Positions 15,217-29,761 of a DNA stretch of 64,000 bases are shown one piece after another. Below the pieces are notes generated by a model. That model ran no database searches and was not told the DNA's origin. It saw only the letters and a program-made list of their open reading frames with translations. The number at the start of each line of letters is the position of its first letter. Within the stretch, counting starts at the first letter, position 1. The stretch comes from Eledone cirrhosa (lineage: Eukaryota), in NCBI GenBank assembly GCA_964016885.1, contig CAXHJY010001534.1:1-64000 (forward strand), read 5' to 3'. Position numbers and translations under genes: made by a program.

Positions 15217-15943
15217 TCATATATCGTACAAGAACCACAGGATGTTGTATATATGCCAAATACATATTCTATAGAAACATAAGAGAAAACCTATAGTGCT
15301 ATCACATACCTGGAAAAATGCGGCTAAAAATCAATCTATGTAAGAGATAATCGAAGACAAACTATCGATCATGATTAAACGACAAACACACACACACACA
15401 CAGACACATACACACATATATATATATATATATATATACACTCATACGCTCACATATATATATATATATACATAGAGAGGGGGGGGATGAGAAGACATTA
15501 GTGTTGGTTGTTGTTGTGGTGGTGGTGGTGTGGTGGCGGTGGTGTTGTGGTGGTAGTGGTGACGGTGGTGTTGTGGTGGTAGTGGTGGCGGTGGTGTTGT
15601 GGTGGTGTAGGGATGTGGTGCCGCGGTGGAGGTGGCGCAGTGGTGAGGCGGCAGGTGGGGGGAGTCGGGTGTGGTTTTGGGGTGGGGTGGTGGAGGTATT
15701 AGTACGACGGAGGGGGCGGTGTAGGGGTTGTGGCGGCGGGTTGTATCTTAGGAGTTTGTCTAATGGCTTCTTAAATCGGCTTATCACGTGCGTAACTATA
15801 GTAACAATAACCACTACCACCACCACCACCACTTCTACTTCTACTACTTCTACTTCTACTACTGCTTCTACTACTACTACTACTACTGCTGCTGCTGCTA
15901 CTACTTCTACTACTACTTCTACTACTACTACTACTACTACTAT

Positions 15944-16505
15944 TGTAGCAATGATACATTTATTGGTCACAAGGGCCGACATATAGGGGACAATACAATA
16001 GAAGGGGACAGTGGGGCGGGGTTTTACAGATAAATCGAGTAAACAATATGAATAACAACAACAACAAAGTAACAAGAAAAATGCAAGAAAAATTCCCCAA
16101 TAGGGGGTGGTGGTGACCACCCGGGGTTCGCTCAGGCACCGCACCAATCCTGAACGACCTGACGCTTCGAGAGCACCCTGGAACGGCACCCCTCCCCCCT
16201 AAAATGTACCCACCTACAGGCGCATGACCAGCCAGAGTAGGTCCACTCACACGAGCCATTCTCGCCACATTCACCCACATTCACCCACATAAACCAACAT
16301 TGCACCCCCCGCTCCTATTCGGATACTCCCACGCAGTCCCAGCGTGCGTCTCAGATGCCGTTCCAGTCCCCCCGCTAACAGTAAAGGGCGAGACGTACCC
16401 AGAAAGGCTTCCAGGCGTCTAACTTCACAGATCACAGAAACAACCTCTCCACCCCCTCTCACACCCTCACGATCTCTCACTAGTAATTTGCGCTGTCGTG
16501 TCACA
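15944..16505 (-). mobile_element. Probable solo LTR (~560 bp)
   Basis: Minus strand starts TGTGACA and ends gaccAATAAAtgtatcattgctaCA; imperfect terminal inverted repeat TGTGACA/TGTAGCA; GC-rich island. No clear target-site duplication. Confidence 0.5.
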
Positions 16506-17004
16506 TGTGCAGGTCTCTAGCAGATGACGTGATGAAACTGCGGTCGTTTGTTAGTAATTTGGTAACTAGCTTTGTTAATGGTAGTAATCGGAAGGTAGCG
16601 TGGTGGCGGTGGTGGCGGTGGTGGTTGACGGATATGTGGAGTTGGTGTGGTGTTGATAGATGTAGTGGTAGTAGTAGTACTGGTGGTGGCCGTTTTAGTA
16701 GCAGTAGTAGTAGTAGTAGTGGTAGTATTGGTAGTAGTAGTAGCAAATAGTAACATTAGTAGTAGTAGTAGTACTAGTAGTAGTAGTGGTAGTAGCAGTA
16801 GTAGTAGCTTTAGTGGTTTAGTAAGTCGATGGAAGAAATGCTGGTATTGTGAGTGATGATGGTACACCTAGTGACACCTAGTGACATGGTAGTATGGGTG
16901 GTAGTGGTGTGGTTAGTGGTGGTGGTAGCGGTGGCTGTGAAAGAGGGGAGGTAATCCTATTTGGTTGCTTTGCGGTCACACTGGTAGTTTGTGTTGGCCA
17001 TATT

Positions 17005-17280
17005 GTAGTGGTGGTAGTAGTAGTGATGGTGATAGTAGTAGTGGTAGTAGTAGTAATGGTAGTAGTAATGGTAGTAGTAGTAGTAATGGTAGTAGTAGTA
17101 GTAGTAGTAGTAATGGTAGTAGCAGTAGTAGTAATGGTAGTAGTAATGGTAGTAGTAGTAGTAGTAATGGTAGTAGTAGTAGTAGTAATGGTAGTAGTAA
17201 TGGTAGTAGTAGTAGTAATGGTAGTAGTAGTAGTAGTAGTAGTAATGGTAGTAGCAGTAGTAGTAATGGTAGTAGTAATG

Positions 17281-17311
<31 letters not shown>

Positions 17312-17340
17312 TAGTAGTAGTGGTAGTAGTAGTAGTGGTG

Positions 17341-17372
<32 letters not shown>

Positions 17373-17388
17373 GGTAGTAGTAGTAGTG

Positions 17389-17423
<35 letters not shown>

Positions 17424-17544
17424 GGCGGTAGTAGTAGTGGTGGTAGTAGTAGTAGTGGTAGTAATGGTAGTAGTAGTGGTAGTAGTGGTAATGGTAGTAG
17501 TAGTAATGGTAGTAGTGGCGGTAGTAGTAGTGGTAGTAGTAGTG

Positions 17545-17578
<34 letters not shown>

Positions 17579-17768
17579 TAGTAGTAGTAATAGTAGTAGT
17601 AGTAGCGGTATTAGTAGTAGTAGTAGTAGTGGTAGTAGTAGTGGTAGTAGTAGTGGTAGTAGTGGTAGTAATAGTAGTAGTAATGGTGGTAGTAGTAGTG
17701 GTAGTAGTAGTAGTAGTAGTGCTAGTAGTAGTAATGGTAGTAGTGGCGGTAGTAGTAGTAGTGGTGGT
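17005..17768. repeat. (GTA)n/(GTG)/(ATG) trinucleotide tract
   Basis: Seen directly. Confidence 0.95.
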
Positions 17769-17789
17769 TTTAATCCGTTCAGATCTAGG

Positions 17790-18052
17790 TGTCGAAACGG
17801 CAAGGGAGACGCGGGGCTCACCCCCTACGGCTGGCCAGCTCAGCGTCTATGGCGGTGAGTATGGAGTAGGGAGGTAGCCCTCCTAGGTAGGGCCGAGGAC
17901 ACCAGAAGTGTCCACTGCCAGGGGTACGACCGCAAACCTGTCGGAGAGCGACCGGTACCTGAGGAGGAGTTTGGCCTCCTCAGCCCGAGGTGCGGCAGAA
18001 CACCTGGTGGGTCAGTCGCAGACTGCACCATGTTGGGGGGCTGCAGAAAGTG
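17790..18052 (-). mobile_element. Degenerate CRE-like non-LTR retrotransposon, restriction-like endonuclease (RLE) C-terminus
   Basis: Frameshift-joined translation TF..PNMVQSATDPG / SAAPRAEEAKLLLRYRSLSDRFAVVPLAVDTSGVLGP ... GEPR..VSLAV matches the RLE motif GxAAxxAExxKxxKY..L...F.P.AVET.G..G ... GEPR...LSLAV. Confidence 0.7.
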
Positions 18053-18761
18053 CATATATAACATATATAGATATCATACAGTTTGACACAAGAATAGAAC
18101 CACTGCAAATATACAGACCCCACCCCCTACCCCTACCCCCAAAGAAAAAAACCAAAAAAACCCCCTCCCAAACAACAACAACAAAAAACAAAACGTAAAT
18201 GTACAACTTAGTAGTACAATAAGAGGCTTCAGAAAGGACGATTTTTTTTTTCTCTATGTGCATAACGAAAGAATGAAAGAGAAAACACAAACCTAAACAA
18301 AATGGAGTCTATCTTTGTTTTTATCTTCAGTCGAGGTAAAGATTTGGATAAGGACAAGACAAGAAAAGAAAATATATATAAAATATATATAAAATATATA
18401 TGAAATATATATGAAATATATATGAAATATATATGAAATATATATAAAATATATATAATGGAATAAATAAACACCAGTACATGAAATAATCCAAACGGAA
18501 TTCGAAAATATACCGAATAAAGGAAAATATATATGAATTACAACGAGAACGAAAAAAGTATGAGAAAAAACCCACTCCATGTCCAATAGCGTAGCATAGT
18601 AAATACGAGAGAAAGTAAGGGAGAAAGGTGGGTATTTGTAGCTAACAATGTTTTGTTGTATCTAGACTGAATGTAAAAAAAATATGTAAGTTTTTTGTAG
18701 ATAAGGTCAGGCTTGTTTTTAGGTGGTGCTAGGAGACGGAATATATACATACACACACGTG

Positions 18762-18798
<37 letters not shown>

Positions 18799-18837
18799 GT
18801 GTATATATACACACACGTATATATATACACACACACG

Positions 18838-18874
<37 letters not shown>

Positions 18875-18875
18875 G

Positions 18876-18906
<31 letters not shown>

Positions 18907-18935
18907 GTATATATATATATATACACACACACACG

Positions 18936-19120
<185 letters not shown>

Positions 19121-19147
19121 GTATATATATATATATATATATACATA

Positions 19148-19236
19148 GTGAAAGCGCGTGGCTGTGTGGTTAGAGAATTAGATTCGCAATCGCCAGGTTG
19201 TGAGTTCGAATCCCTGGGCGATGCGTTATGTTCTTG
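19148..19236 (+). mobile_element. SINE family 2 tRNA head, 3'-truncated
   Basis: gcgtggctgtgtggttagagaatt...gagttcgaatccctgggcgatgcgttatgt, homologous to 7094. Confidence 0.75.
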
Positions 19237-19329
19237 GATTGGTAGTGTTGGATTGAACGGTGGTGTGGTGGTGGAGATGTGTATATGGGGGCGAGGTGAC
19301 GTGTATAAGGGATTCAAAGACGGTGGTGG

Positions 19330-19825
19330 TGGGGGGGGGGGGGGATGGTAGGGTGATGGTGTGGTGGTGGTGGTCGAGGGGGGGGGAGAGATGTTGGGAT
19401 GGTAGGGAGATGGTGTGGTGGTGGTGGTCGAGGGGGGAGATGGTGGGATGGTAGGGAGATGGTGTGGTGGTGGTGGTCGAGGGGGGGAGATGGTGGGATG
19501 GTAGGGAGATGGTGTGGTGGTGGTGGTCGAGGGGGGGGAGAGATGGTGGGATGGTAGGGAGATGGTGTGGTGGTGGTGGTCGAGGGGGGGGAGAGATGGT
19601 GGGATGGTAGGGAGATGGTGTGGTGGTGGTGGTCGAGGGGGGGGAGATGGTGGGATGGTAGGGAGATGGTGTGGTGGTGGTGGTCGAGGGGGGAAGATGG
19701 TGGGATGGTAGGGTGATGGTGTGGTGGTGGAGGGGGAGATGGTGGGATGGTAGGGAGATGGTGTGGTGGTGGTGGAGGGGGGGGGGAGATGTTGGGATGG
19801 TAGGGAGATGGTGGTGGAGGGGGAC
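19330..19825 (+). repeat. ~50-bp G-rich minisatellite, about 9 units (G-quadruplex-prone)
   Basis: Unit G6-9-agatggtgggatggtagggagatggtgtggtggtggtggtcga. Confidence 0.9.
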
Positions 19826-20337
19826 TGGGGGCGTAAGGCCAGGATAAAAGCATCGTCGAGAAATCCCTACATCCTCTTTATCAGGGGTTTGGGAGGGGCT
19901 GGGGGTGGGGGGAGTTGAGCTGGTGCGGGGTAGGTGGGTGGTAGACGGGGAATAAGGAAGGGGGAATGTGGGGGTGTACAGGGGTGAGTTGTTGTGGTGG
20001 TGGTGGTGGTGGTGGTGAGGAGGGGGGGGGGGGGCACTGTTACACGATTAAGTCTTTGTAATAAATGTTGGTGTTGTTGTCGCGGTGATGGCAGTAGTGG
20101 TAGTAGTAGTGGTAGTAGTAGTACTAGTAGTAGTAGTGTTGTGTTGTCGCGGTGATGGCTGTAGTGGTAGTGGTAGTAGTAGTAGTAGTAGTAGTGGTAG
20201 TAGTAGTAGTGGTAGTAGTAGTGGTAGTAGTAGTGTTGTGGTGTTGTTGTTGTTGTCCTCAGAGAACACCCCTCACGACATTGGAACTGTTTAAGTGAAA
20301 TCTTTCGGAAAGAAAAAATAAATCGAAAAATGGCGAC

Positions 20338-20612
20338 AGAGAGAGAGAGAGGGAGAGAGAGGGAGAGAGAGGGAGAGAGAGGGAGAGAGAGGGAGAGAGA
20401 GGGAGAGAGAGGGAGAGAGAGAGCGAGAGAGAGAGAGAGAGGGAGAGAGAGAGCGAGAGAGAGAGAGCGAGAGAGAGAGAGCGAGAGATAGAGAGAGCGA
20501 GAGAGAGAGAGCGAGAGAGAGAGAGCGAGAGAGAGAGAGCGAGAGAGAGAGAGCGAGAGAGAGAGAGAGATAGCGAGAGAGAGAGACAGAGAGAGAGAGA
20601 CAGAGAGAGAGC

Positions 20613-20657
<45 letters not shown>

Positions 20658-20722
20658 CGAGGGAGAGCGAGAGAGCGAGAGAGCGAGAGAAAGAGAGCGA
20701 GAGAAAGAGAGCGAGAGAGAGA
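20338..20722. repeat. (GA)n/(GAGC) purine-rich tract
   Basis: Seen directly. Confidence 0.95.
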
Positions 20723-20798
20723 AAAGATAGGAAGGTACATATATATATATATATAGAGAGAGAGTTAGAGGCAAAGAAAAATACATAGAGAGATAGAT

Positions 20799-20873
<75 letters not shown>

Positions 20874-21004
20874 TATATATATGTACGTATGGATTCACCG
20901 AACATTTATTATAATGCTCGGTGTGTTTGTAAACAAACATCCCGTATTAAGCCGTACAGTGTCTAGCAACCGTCGTTGCTCGTTTGTTCAACACTGACAA
21001 AAGA

Positions 21005-21047
21005 ACGCTGTACTAGTTTCAAGCTTATTAGCTATCGTCAGCAACGC
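21005..21047 (-). ncRNA. Minimal type I hammerhead ribozyme (Penelope-like/retrozyme type)
   Basis: Minus strand: GCGUUG-CUGACGA-U-AGCU-aaua-AGCU-U-GAAA-CUAG-UA/CAGCGU. Both catalytic boxes intact, 6-bp stem I, palindromic stem III ACUAGU, GUA cleavage triplet. U.U at position 10.1-11.1 is non-canonical. Confidence 0.75.
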
Positions 21048-21359
21048 ATACCTTCGTGCCACATTGTTGAACGTATATGCTTACCTTATGCATATTAACG
21101 GTTGAGTAGCCCAATTTGCATATCGAGTGGGCTAATCGGCCGGGTGCACCGAAAACGATAAACGGAAGAATGAAACGAAATTTCATTTCCCACTCTTAGT
21201 ACAAGGTTACAAGGGTGTATAGGTATGGTATAAAATGTATATATATATATATATATATGTGTGCGTGCCTGCGTGTGTGTGTGTGTGTGTATGACTGCAT
21301 GTGTATGCACTTATGTGAGAACATGCAGGTGCATGTATATATATATATATATACGCATA

Positions 21360-21447
<88 letters not shown>

Positions 21448-21455
21448 CATATATG

Positions 21456-21511
<56 letters not shown>

Positions 21512-21617
21512 CATATATATATGTGTGTGTATGTATATGTATATATATACATATATATACATATATATATACATACATATATATATATATATACTTATAT
21601 ATATATACATATATATA

Positions 21618-21649
<32 letters not shown>

Positions 21650-22055
21650 CATACATACTTATATATATATACATATATATATGTGTGTGTATGTATATAT
21701 ATATATATATATAACTATACACACATAACTATACACACATACATACACACATATATATATATATACACACGTATACATACACACACATATATATATATAT
21801 ATATACACGTATATATACACACATATATATAGATACATGTGTGCATTTAATTTATTAAGTAGCTTCAGAAGGAGGTGTTACAGAGATTAGCTAAGTGGTT
21901 CTATAGTGGTGGTCATGGAAAGAGGGGCGTCGTAAGTACTGCTTGCAGTTTTGTGTTTCACGAATATAGGATATTGAGGAGTACATGAGATCTTATGTTG
22001 ATGTATATATATATGTATATATATATATATATGTATGTATATATATATATGTATG

Positions 22056-22105
<50 letters not shown>

Positions 22106-22113
22106 TATGTATG

Positions 22114-22162
<49 letters not shown>

Positions 22163-22169
22163 GTATATA

Positions 22170-22239
<70 letters not shown>

Positions 22240-22355
22240 TATGTATGTATATATATGTATATATATGTATATATATATATATATATGTATATATATGTAT
22301 ATATATGTATATATATGTATATATATATATGTATATATATATATGTATATATATG

Positions 22356-22411
<56 letters not shown>

Positions 22412-22432
22412 TAAATATATATATATGTATAT

Positions 22433-22463
<31 letters not shown>

Positions 22464-22647
22464 AATATATATATATATTCATTTATATCCATATATACCT
22501 ATTTTATAATCATATATATATATGAATATATATATGTCTATATATATATATAAATACACACATATATATATGTATATATGAATATATATATATATATGCA
22601 TATATATACATATAAATAAATATCTATATATAAATCTCTCTCTCTCC

Positions 22648-22678
<31 letters not shown>

Positions 22679-22874
22679 CATGTATATATACATACGTTTG
22701 TACATGTCCACTAGAGATTATTAAAACGCCACTTCAGCCCAAACAACACAAGCCCAATGTCCTTACAACACACCACAGCAGGTACTTGATATACACCAGA
22801 CTGGCGTATCTAGTGTATATATATATATATATATATATATACACTAGATACGTATATATATATACACTAGGTAC

Positions 22875-22910
<36 letters not shown>

Positions 22911-22946
22911 TAGATACGTATATATATATATATACACACTAGGTAC

Positions 22947-22982
<36 letters not shown>

Positions 22983-23134
22983 GCATATGAATTGTAGCAG
23001 TTATATCGCCCACGGCATGGCACCACTGCTAGTATAATATTTACACAGGAAGTCTCCGAGAGGTGTAGTTGAAGTTGAGACTAGCATAGAGGTAGCTTCA
23101 GCTACCCCCCTTTCTTTCTCATATATAGGGCCCC

Positions 23135-23214
<80 letters not shown>

Positions 23215-23263
23215 TGTATATGTATATATATAAATATATATATATGTATATATATATATAAAT

Positions 23264-23294
<31 letters not shown>

Positions 23295-23340
23295 AATATA
23301 TATGTATATATAAATATATATGTATATATAAATATATATG

Positions 23341-23402
<62 letters not shown>

Positions 23403-23432
23403 AATATATATGTATATATATAAATATATATG

Positions 23433-23514
<82 letters not shown>

Positions 23515-23572
23515 CACAGACCTATAGGGGCACTATATATCAGAGAGAAAGGGGGGGATTAGCTGAAACTAC

Positions 23573-23604
<32 letters not shown>

Positions 23605-23720
23605 GTATGTATGTATATATATATACATATATATATATATATGTATGTATATATATACATATGCACATATATACATACACGCATCCATATAAATATATAC
23701 ACACACACACACACACACAT

Positions 23721-23757
<37 letters not shown>

Positions 23758-24197
23758 GTACATATATAAGTGTATATATACGTATGTGTGTGTATAAATG
23801 TATATAAATATGTGTGTATATATTTACACATTATATATACACACATATGCATACATATACACTCACATACGCCTATACACATGTATATACACACATCTAT
23901 ATACACATGCATATCCTCTCTATATATAATGCCCTATGCACACACCATACATATACACACACATACGCCCCCCCCCCACACACACAATATATATAAACAT
24001 ACATATACACACACCTGTGCCATATGCTTTATAAACACGCATATATATGTTTATATATATATATATACACGCGCGAATACACCGCTTCTCTCTATATACA
24101 TAATACATTATATATATGTACACACACATACATATGTATATATATACACACACACACATATATATATGTGCCCCCACACACACATACACACACATAC

Positions 24198-24242
<45 letters not shown>

Positions 24243-24447
24243 CACACACACACACATACATATATATACACACACACATATATACACACACATATATATA
24301 CACACACACATATATATATATATACACACACACATACATATATACACACACACATACATATATACACACACACATATATATAGACACACATACATATATA
24401 TAGACACACACATACATATATATAGACACACACATACATATATATAG

Positions 24448-24514
<67 letters not shown>

Positions 24515-24521
24515 GACACGC

Positions 24522-24570
<49 letters not shown>

Positions 24571-24583
24571 TACATATATATAG

Positions 24584-24632
<49 letters not shown>

Positions 24633-25317
24633 TACACACACACACAACCTCTGTATATAATTGTTTTTACTAATGCTTTATAAACACACGCCACACACAC
24701 ATATATATATATATATATACACACACAGACAGACACACCGCTTCTATATATATACACTATACATTATATACATACATTATACAGACGCACACAGCCTATG
24801 CGGGTATCTCCTCAAAACATTACCTCTATCAGGTCTGTAACAAGACATATTGTTTCGCCGATTAAGACTTATCGAGCATGTTGTTAAAACCGAGCTTATT
24901 TTGACACAGCATTTCTTAGAGACGTTAAGCTGCGCCCGGTTTTGGTTGGTGGGGTCGGGTGGGCGGTAAATTGGAGGAGGGCAGTTAAGTTTTTTATTTC
25001 ATTTTAAATGGTTAATGCGGGCGTCTGGCTTTTGTTGTTGTGATGTGATTGTTGTTGCTACAGTTGTTGTTGTGGCGATGATGTGGTTGTTGTTACAGTT
25101 GTTGTGGCGATGATGTGGTTGTTGTTACAGTTGTAGTGGTGGTTATGTGGGTTGTTGTTATTGGTGCGGCGATTGTAAATGTTTGGGAATACTGGAGAAA
25201 ACAGTAATCATTTCGAATAGTGTAATAGGTAATTTGATATTTTCCGCCCTACCTATCTCTATGAAACAGTGTTGAGAAGATGCCCAGTAGTCATGTATGA
25301 GCGATCTGTCTTCATGC

Positions 25318-25350
<33 letters not shown>

Positions 25351-25487
25351 ATATCTATCTATCTATCTATCTGACTGTCTGTCTGGCCTTTTAATATATA
25401 GTTTTTTATTTATATTTATTTACCAATATATCTATCTTCGGATAAAAACAACAGTAACTATAAGTCCCAAAATCTCGAGCACCCCTC

Positions 25488-25524
<37 letters not shown>

Positions 25525-25637
25525 TACATATATACATACATATATACATACAAACACACATATATATACACACAAACACATACATATATATACACACAAA
25601 TATATATAGATATATGTATATATATGTATATATATGT

Positions 25638-25888
25638 CTAGGGCGTGTAAAATTCCCGTGATCCATGGACGAGTTCTCTTCAGCGGTCTCTGTCCCTCAT
25701 CATCGCTGCCATGTCCTGCATCTCCAACAGACCAGTGCCCGTCCTTAGGGCATCAGCATATGCCAACCTCAGTCTCCCTCGTCCAGTGTGTCCATGTAGG
25801 GGCTCCCACAGGAGCACTGAGTGCAGTGTCAACTCTGGATGTCGGTGAGCATGTCCAGCTAACCTCAGTCTCCTCTGTGCTACTCTCG
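25638..25888 (-). mobile_element. RTE-clade LINE 3' fragment
   Basis: Translates [69 protein letters not shown]; homologous to 29515 and 53598. Confidence 0.85.
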
Positions 25889-25952
25889 ATATATATATAT
25901 ACATATATATATACACACACATATATACACACATATATATATATATATACAC

Positions 25953-25983
<31 letters not shown>

Positions 25984-26278
25984 TATACACACATATATAT
26001 ATATATATATACACATATATATACACATATATATACACATATATATATATATATATACACATATATATACACATATATATACATATACACATATATATAC
26101 ACATATATATACATATATATACACATATACACATATATATACACATATATATACATATATATACACATATACACATATATATACATATATATACACATAT
26201 ATATACACATATATATACACATATATATACACATATATATATATATATACATATATATACATATATATACATATATAC

Positions 26279-26353
<75 letters not shown>

Positions 26354-26454
26354 TATACACATATATATATACACATATATATATACACATATACATATAC
26401 ACATATACACATATATACATACATATATACATACATATACATACATATATATAC

Positions 26455-26487
<33 letters not shown>

Positions 26488-27849
26488 CACATATATACAT
26501 ACATATATATACACATATATACACATATATACATATATATACACATATATACACATATATATACACATATATACACATATATATACACATATATACACAT
26601 ATATATACACATATATATACATACACATATATATACACATATATATTCACATATATATACATACACATATATATACATATATATTCACATATATATATAC
26701 ACATATACACATATATATACACATATATATATATACACCTTCACACTCGCGCGAGTATAACAATATAATATATAACTTTGAAGTGTTCTACGAGTGTAAA
26801 CTAGATTAATTACGCAGCAAATATGCGAGCGACTAATCCGGCACCCTACTTCTAATCCGGCAAGCCCATCCCCCCTCCCCCCCCTAATCCGGCAAGCCCA
26901 TTCTCCAGTAATACATGTTAGTTTCAGGGACGCAGTGAACCGGAAGCTGGGACTATTGTAAATGAATTGTGGGATTAAAACGAAAAAAGGGGTCAAAGTG
27001 TGTGTGTGTGTGTGTGTGTGTGTTTATGAATGTGTGTGTGTGTGTGTTTAGGTGAATGTGTTTATGAATGTGTGTGTTTAGGTGAATGTGTTTGTGTTTA
27101 TGTGTGTTTATCTGTCTCCGTGTGTGTGTGTTTATGTGTGTGTGTTTAGGTGAATGTGTGTTTGTGTTTATGTGTGTTTATCTGTCTCCGTGTGTGTGTG
27201 TTTAGGTGAATGTGTTTATGAATGTGTGTGTGTGTTTAGGTGAATGTGTTTGTGTTTATGTGTGTTTATCTGTCTCCGTGTGTGTGTGTTTAGGTGAATG
27301 TGTTTGCATCTATGAATGCGTGTGTGTGTGAGTGTTTTTGGTTGGTTGTGTGTGTGTGTGTTTATGAATGTATGTGTGTCTGTAAGTATGTATGTTTCTC
27401 TGTGTATATATATACAATGTATGAACAAATCTATATACATCTATATACACAAACCTACACATCTATATACATCTATATACACACAAACCTACACATCTAT
27501 ATACATCTATATACACACATAAATCTAAAATCTATACACATCTATATACACACACACACAGAACCCCCCCCCCCCCCCCACCCACACATCCGGGTACCTG
27601 ACGTCCATTGTTTCTTAAGATGTTTGCTTTGTTTCTTACCTGTGTCAACCTGTTAAGACAGACAACTTTTAAAACAATGAAGATATAAGAAACGCGAAGA
27701 AAAAGTTAAAAGTGTTCGTATTAGACCAGATGTGGGATTGTATGAAACCGGATGTAAAATTATTTACCTATTAAAAGATGGCGAAAGAAAATATGGAGTT
27801 AGGAGAACAACAACAACAACGTAAGCAATAACAACAATAAGTGCAGAGA

Positions 27850-28620
27850 ACAAAAAAGAACTCTATACGTCACTCTCAAACCACAAACGCAACAACAACC
27901 ACAAAGATAAAACTAACAATAGCAAGAAAGACAACAACAACAATTAAAGCAACTGCAGCAATAACTTCCGAGAACTATACAGAAAACCATACGTTACCTT
28001 CAAAGCCCATAAACATAACAACAACAACAACAACAACAACAAACACGAAAACGATAAAGGTAGCAACAGCAAGGAAAACTACAAAAACACCAACAGCAAT
28101 CTTAAAAGCAACAACAGCAATGGAAACAACAACAACAGCAACCACAACAACAATAACTTCTGAGAACTAAATAGCAAAATCATACGTTACCATCAAAACC
28201 CACAAACGCACCACCACCACCACCACCACCACCACCACCACCAAAGACAAAAAATAAAACTAACAACAAGGAAGACAACAACAACAACAATCATAAATGC
28301 AACAATAGCAACAACAAGAATAACTTCTAAGAACTATACAGAAAACCATATGTTACACTCGAAACCCACAAACACAACAACAACCACCAGCACAACAACC
28401 ATAACACTAAAAACAGCAAGGGAGACAACATCAACAACCACAACGACAATTAAAGCAACTGCAAATATAAACAACAAGAACAACAACGTTCAAGACCTAT
28501 ACATAAAACCATACGTTACCTTCAAAACACACAAGCACAAAACAAGACGATAACAACAGCAACTATAAAACTAAGAACAGCAAGGAAGACAACAACAACA
28601 ACGACGACAGCGACGAAAAG
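27850..28620. repeat. Old degenerate tandem repeat, about 5 units of ~110-190 bp, with (CAA)n interiors
   Basis: Anchor agaactatacagaaaaccatacgttaccttcaaa..cacaaac recurs near 27858, 27971, 28163, 28329 and 28492. Confidence 0.7.
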
Positions 28621-28985
28621 CGTATAATGTACAACCTTTGATGACAATAAGGCCACCACATCCCCCTCCACCGACCTTCTCGCCACTGAAATAAACAACA
28701 ACTTTAAAAATGAATCAAAAAGAAAAATATAGACTTTGTCGTTGATTGAAAAATGTCAGATATTCGCTGAGGTAAATTTACTCGGTTGACTTTTCATTAT
28801 ATACGCATGTATGTGTGTGTGTGTATATAATATATATACACATGTGTGTGTGTGTGTGTGTGTGTGTGTTTAATATACATATATGTGTGTATGTATCTAT
28901 CTATATCTATATATGTATATATGTATATATATATAAATATATATATATATGTATGTAAATATAAATATATATATATATGTATGTA

Positions 28986-29017
<32 letters not shown>

Positions 29018-29093
29018 AATATATATATATATATGTATGTAAATATATATATATATATGTATGTAAATATATATATATATATATATATGTATG

Positions 29094-29138
<45 letters not shown>

Positions 29139-29514
29139 CACATATGTATGTATGTGTGTGTATATATATGTGTATATGTATATATATATTTGTGTGTGTG
29201 TGTGTGTGTGTGTGAGAGTGTGTTTACCTATAATTGTGTTTATATATCAATTGAAGAAGAAGAAGAAGAAAAAGAAAAGAATGAAGACAAAAGAGAGAAT
29301 TATGAGAAAATACAGACGTCGTAGTTGAAGGAATGAGAAGAAGAGTTAAGTGCTGGTTTAATAATTGGGAAATAAAAGGAGGCGTGGATCTTTTGTGGGG
29401 ACATCAAAACAACGAGGAGGGTGGGAGGATGAGTTGGTGTGGAGTGTGGGAGGGGCCCGAGACGGATACGGCACTTTGTATACCATGTTTAGTATTTGTG
29501 GTATATCTATCTAT

Positions 29515-29761
29515 CTAACGCGGGTAAAATTCCCGAGATCCATGGACGAGTTCTCTCCAGCGGTCTCTGTCCCTCATTATCGCTGCCATGTCCTGCGTCT
29601 CCAACAGACCACTGTCTGTCCCTAGGGCATCAACATACGTTAACCTTGGTCTTCCTCTTCCAGAGTGTCCATGTAGGGGCTCCCAAAGGAGCACTGAGTG
29701 CAATGTCAACTCTGGATGTCGGTGAACATGTCCAGCTAACCTCAGTCTCCTCTGTGTCACT
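29515..29761 (-). mobile_element. RTE-clade LINE 3' end (inverted partner)
   Basis: [81 protein letters not shown]. Confidence 0.85.

Noticed and set aside
17958-17985. CTGAGGA-hairpin as a hammerhead
   Set aside because: No GAAA after the stem, and the segment is explained as RLE retrotransposon coding sequence.
26830-26900. Three TAATCCGGCA repeats as a regulatory array or MITE
   Set aside because: No matching inverted end or target-site duplication found; too little evidence to call.
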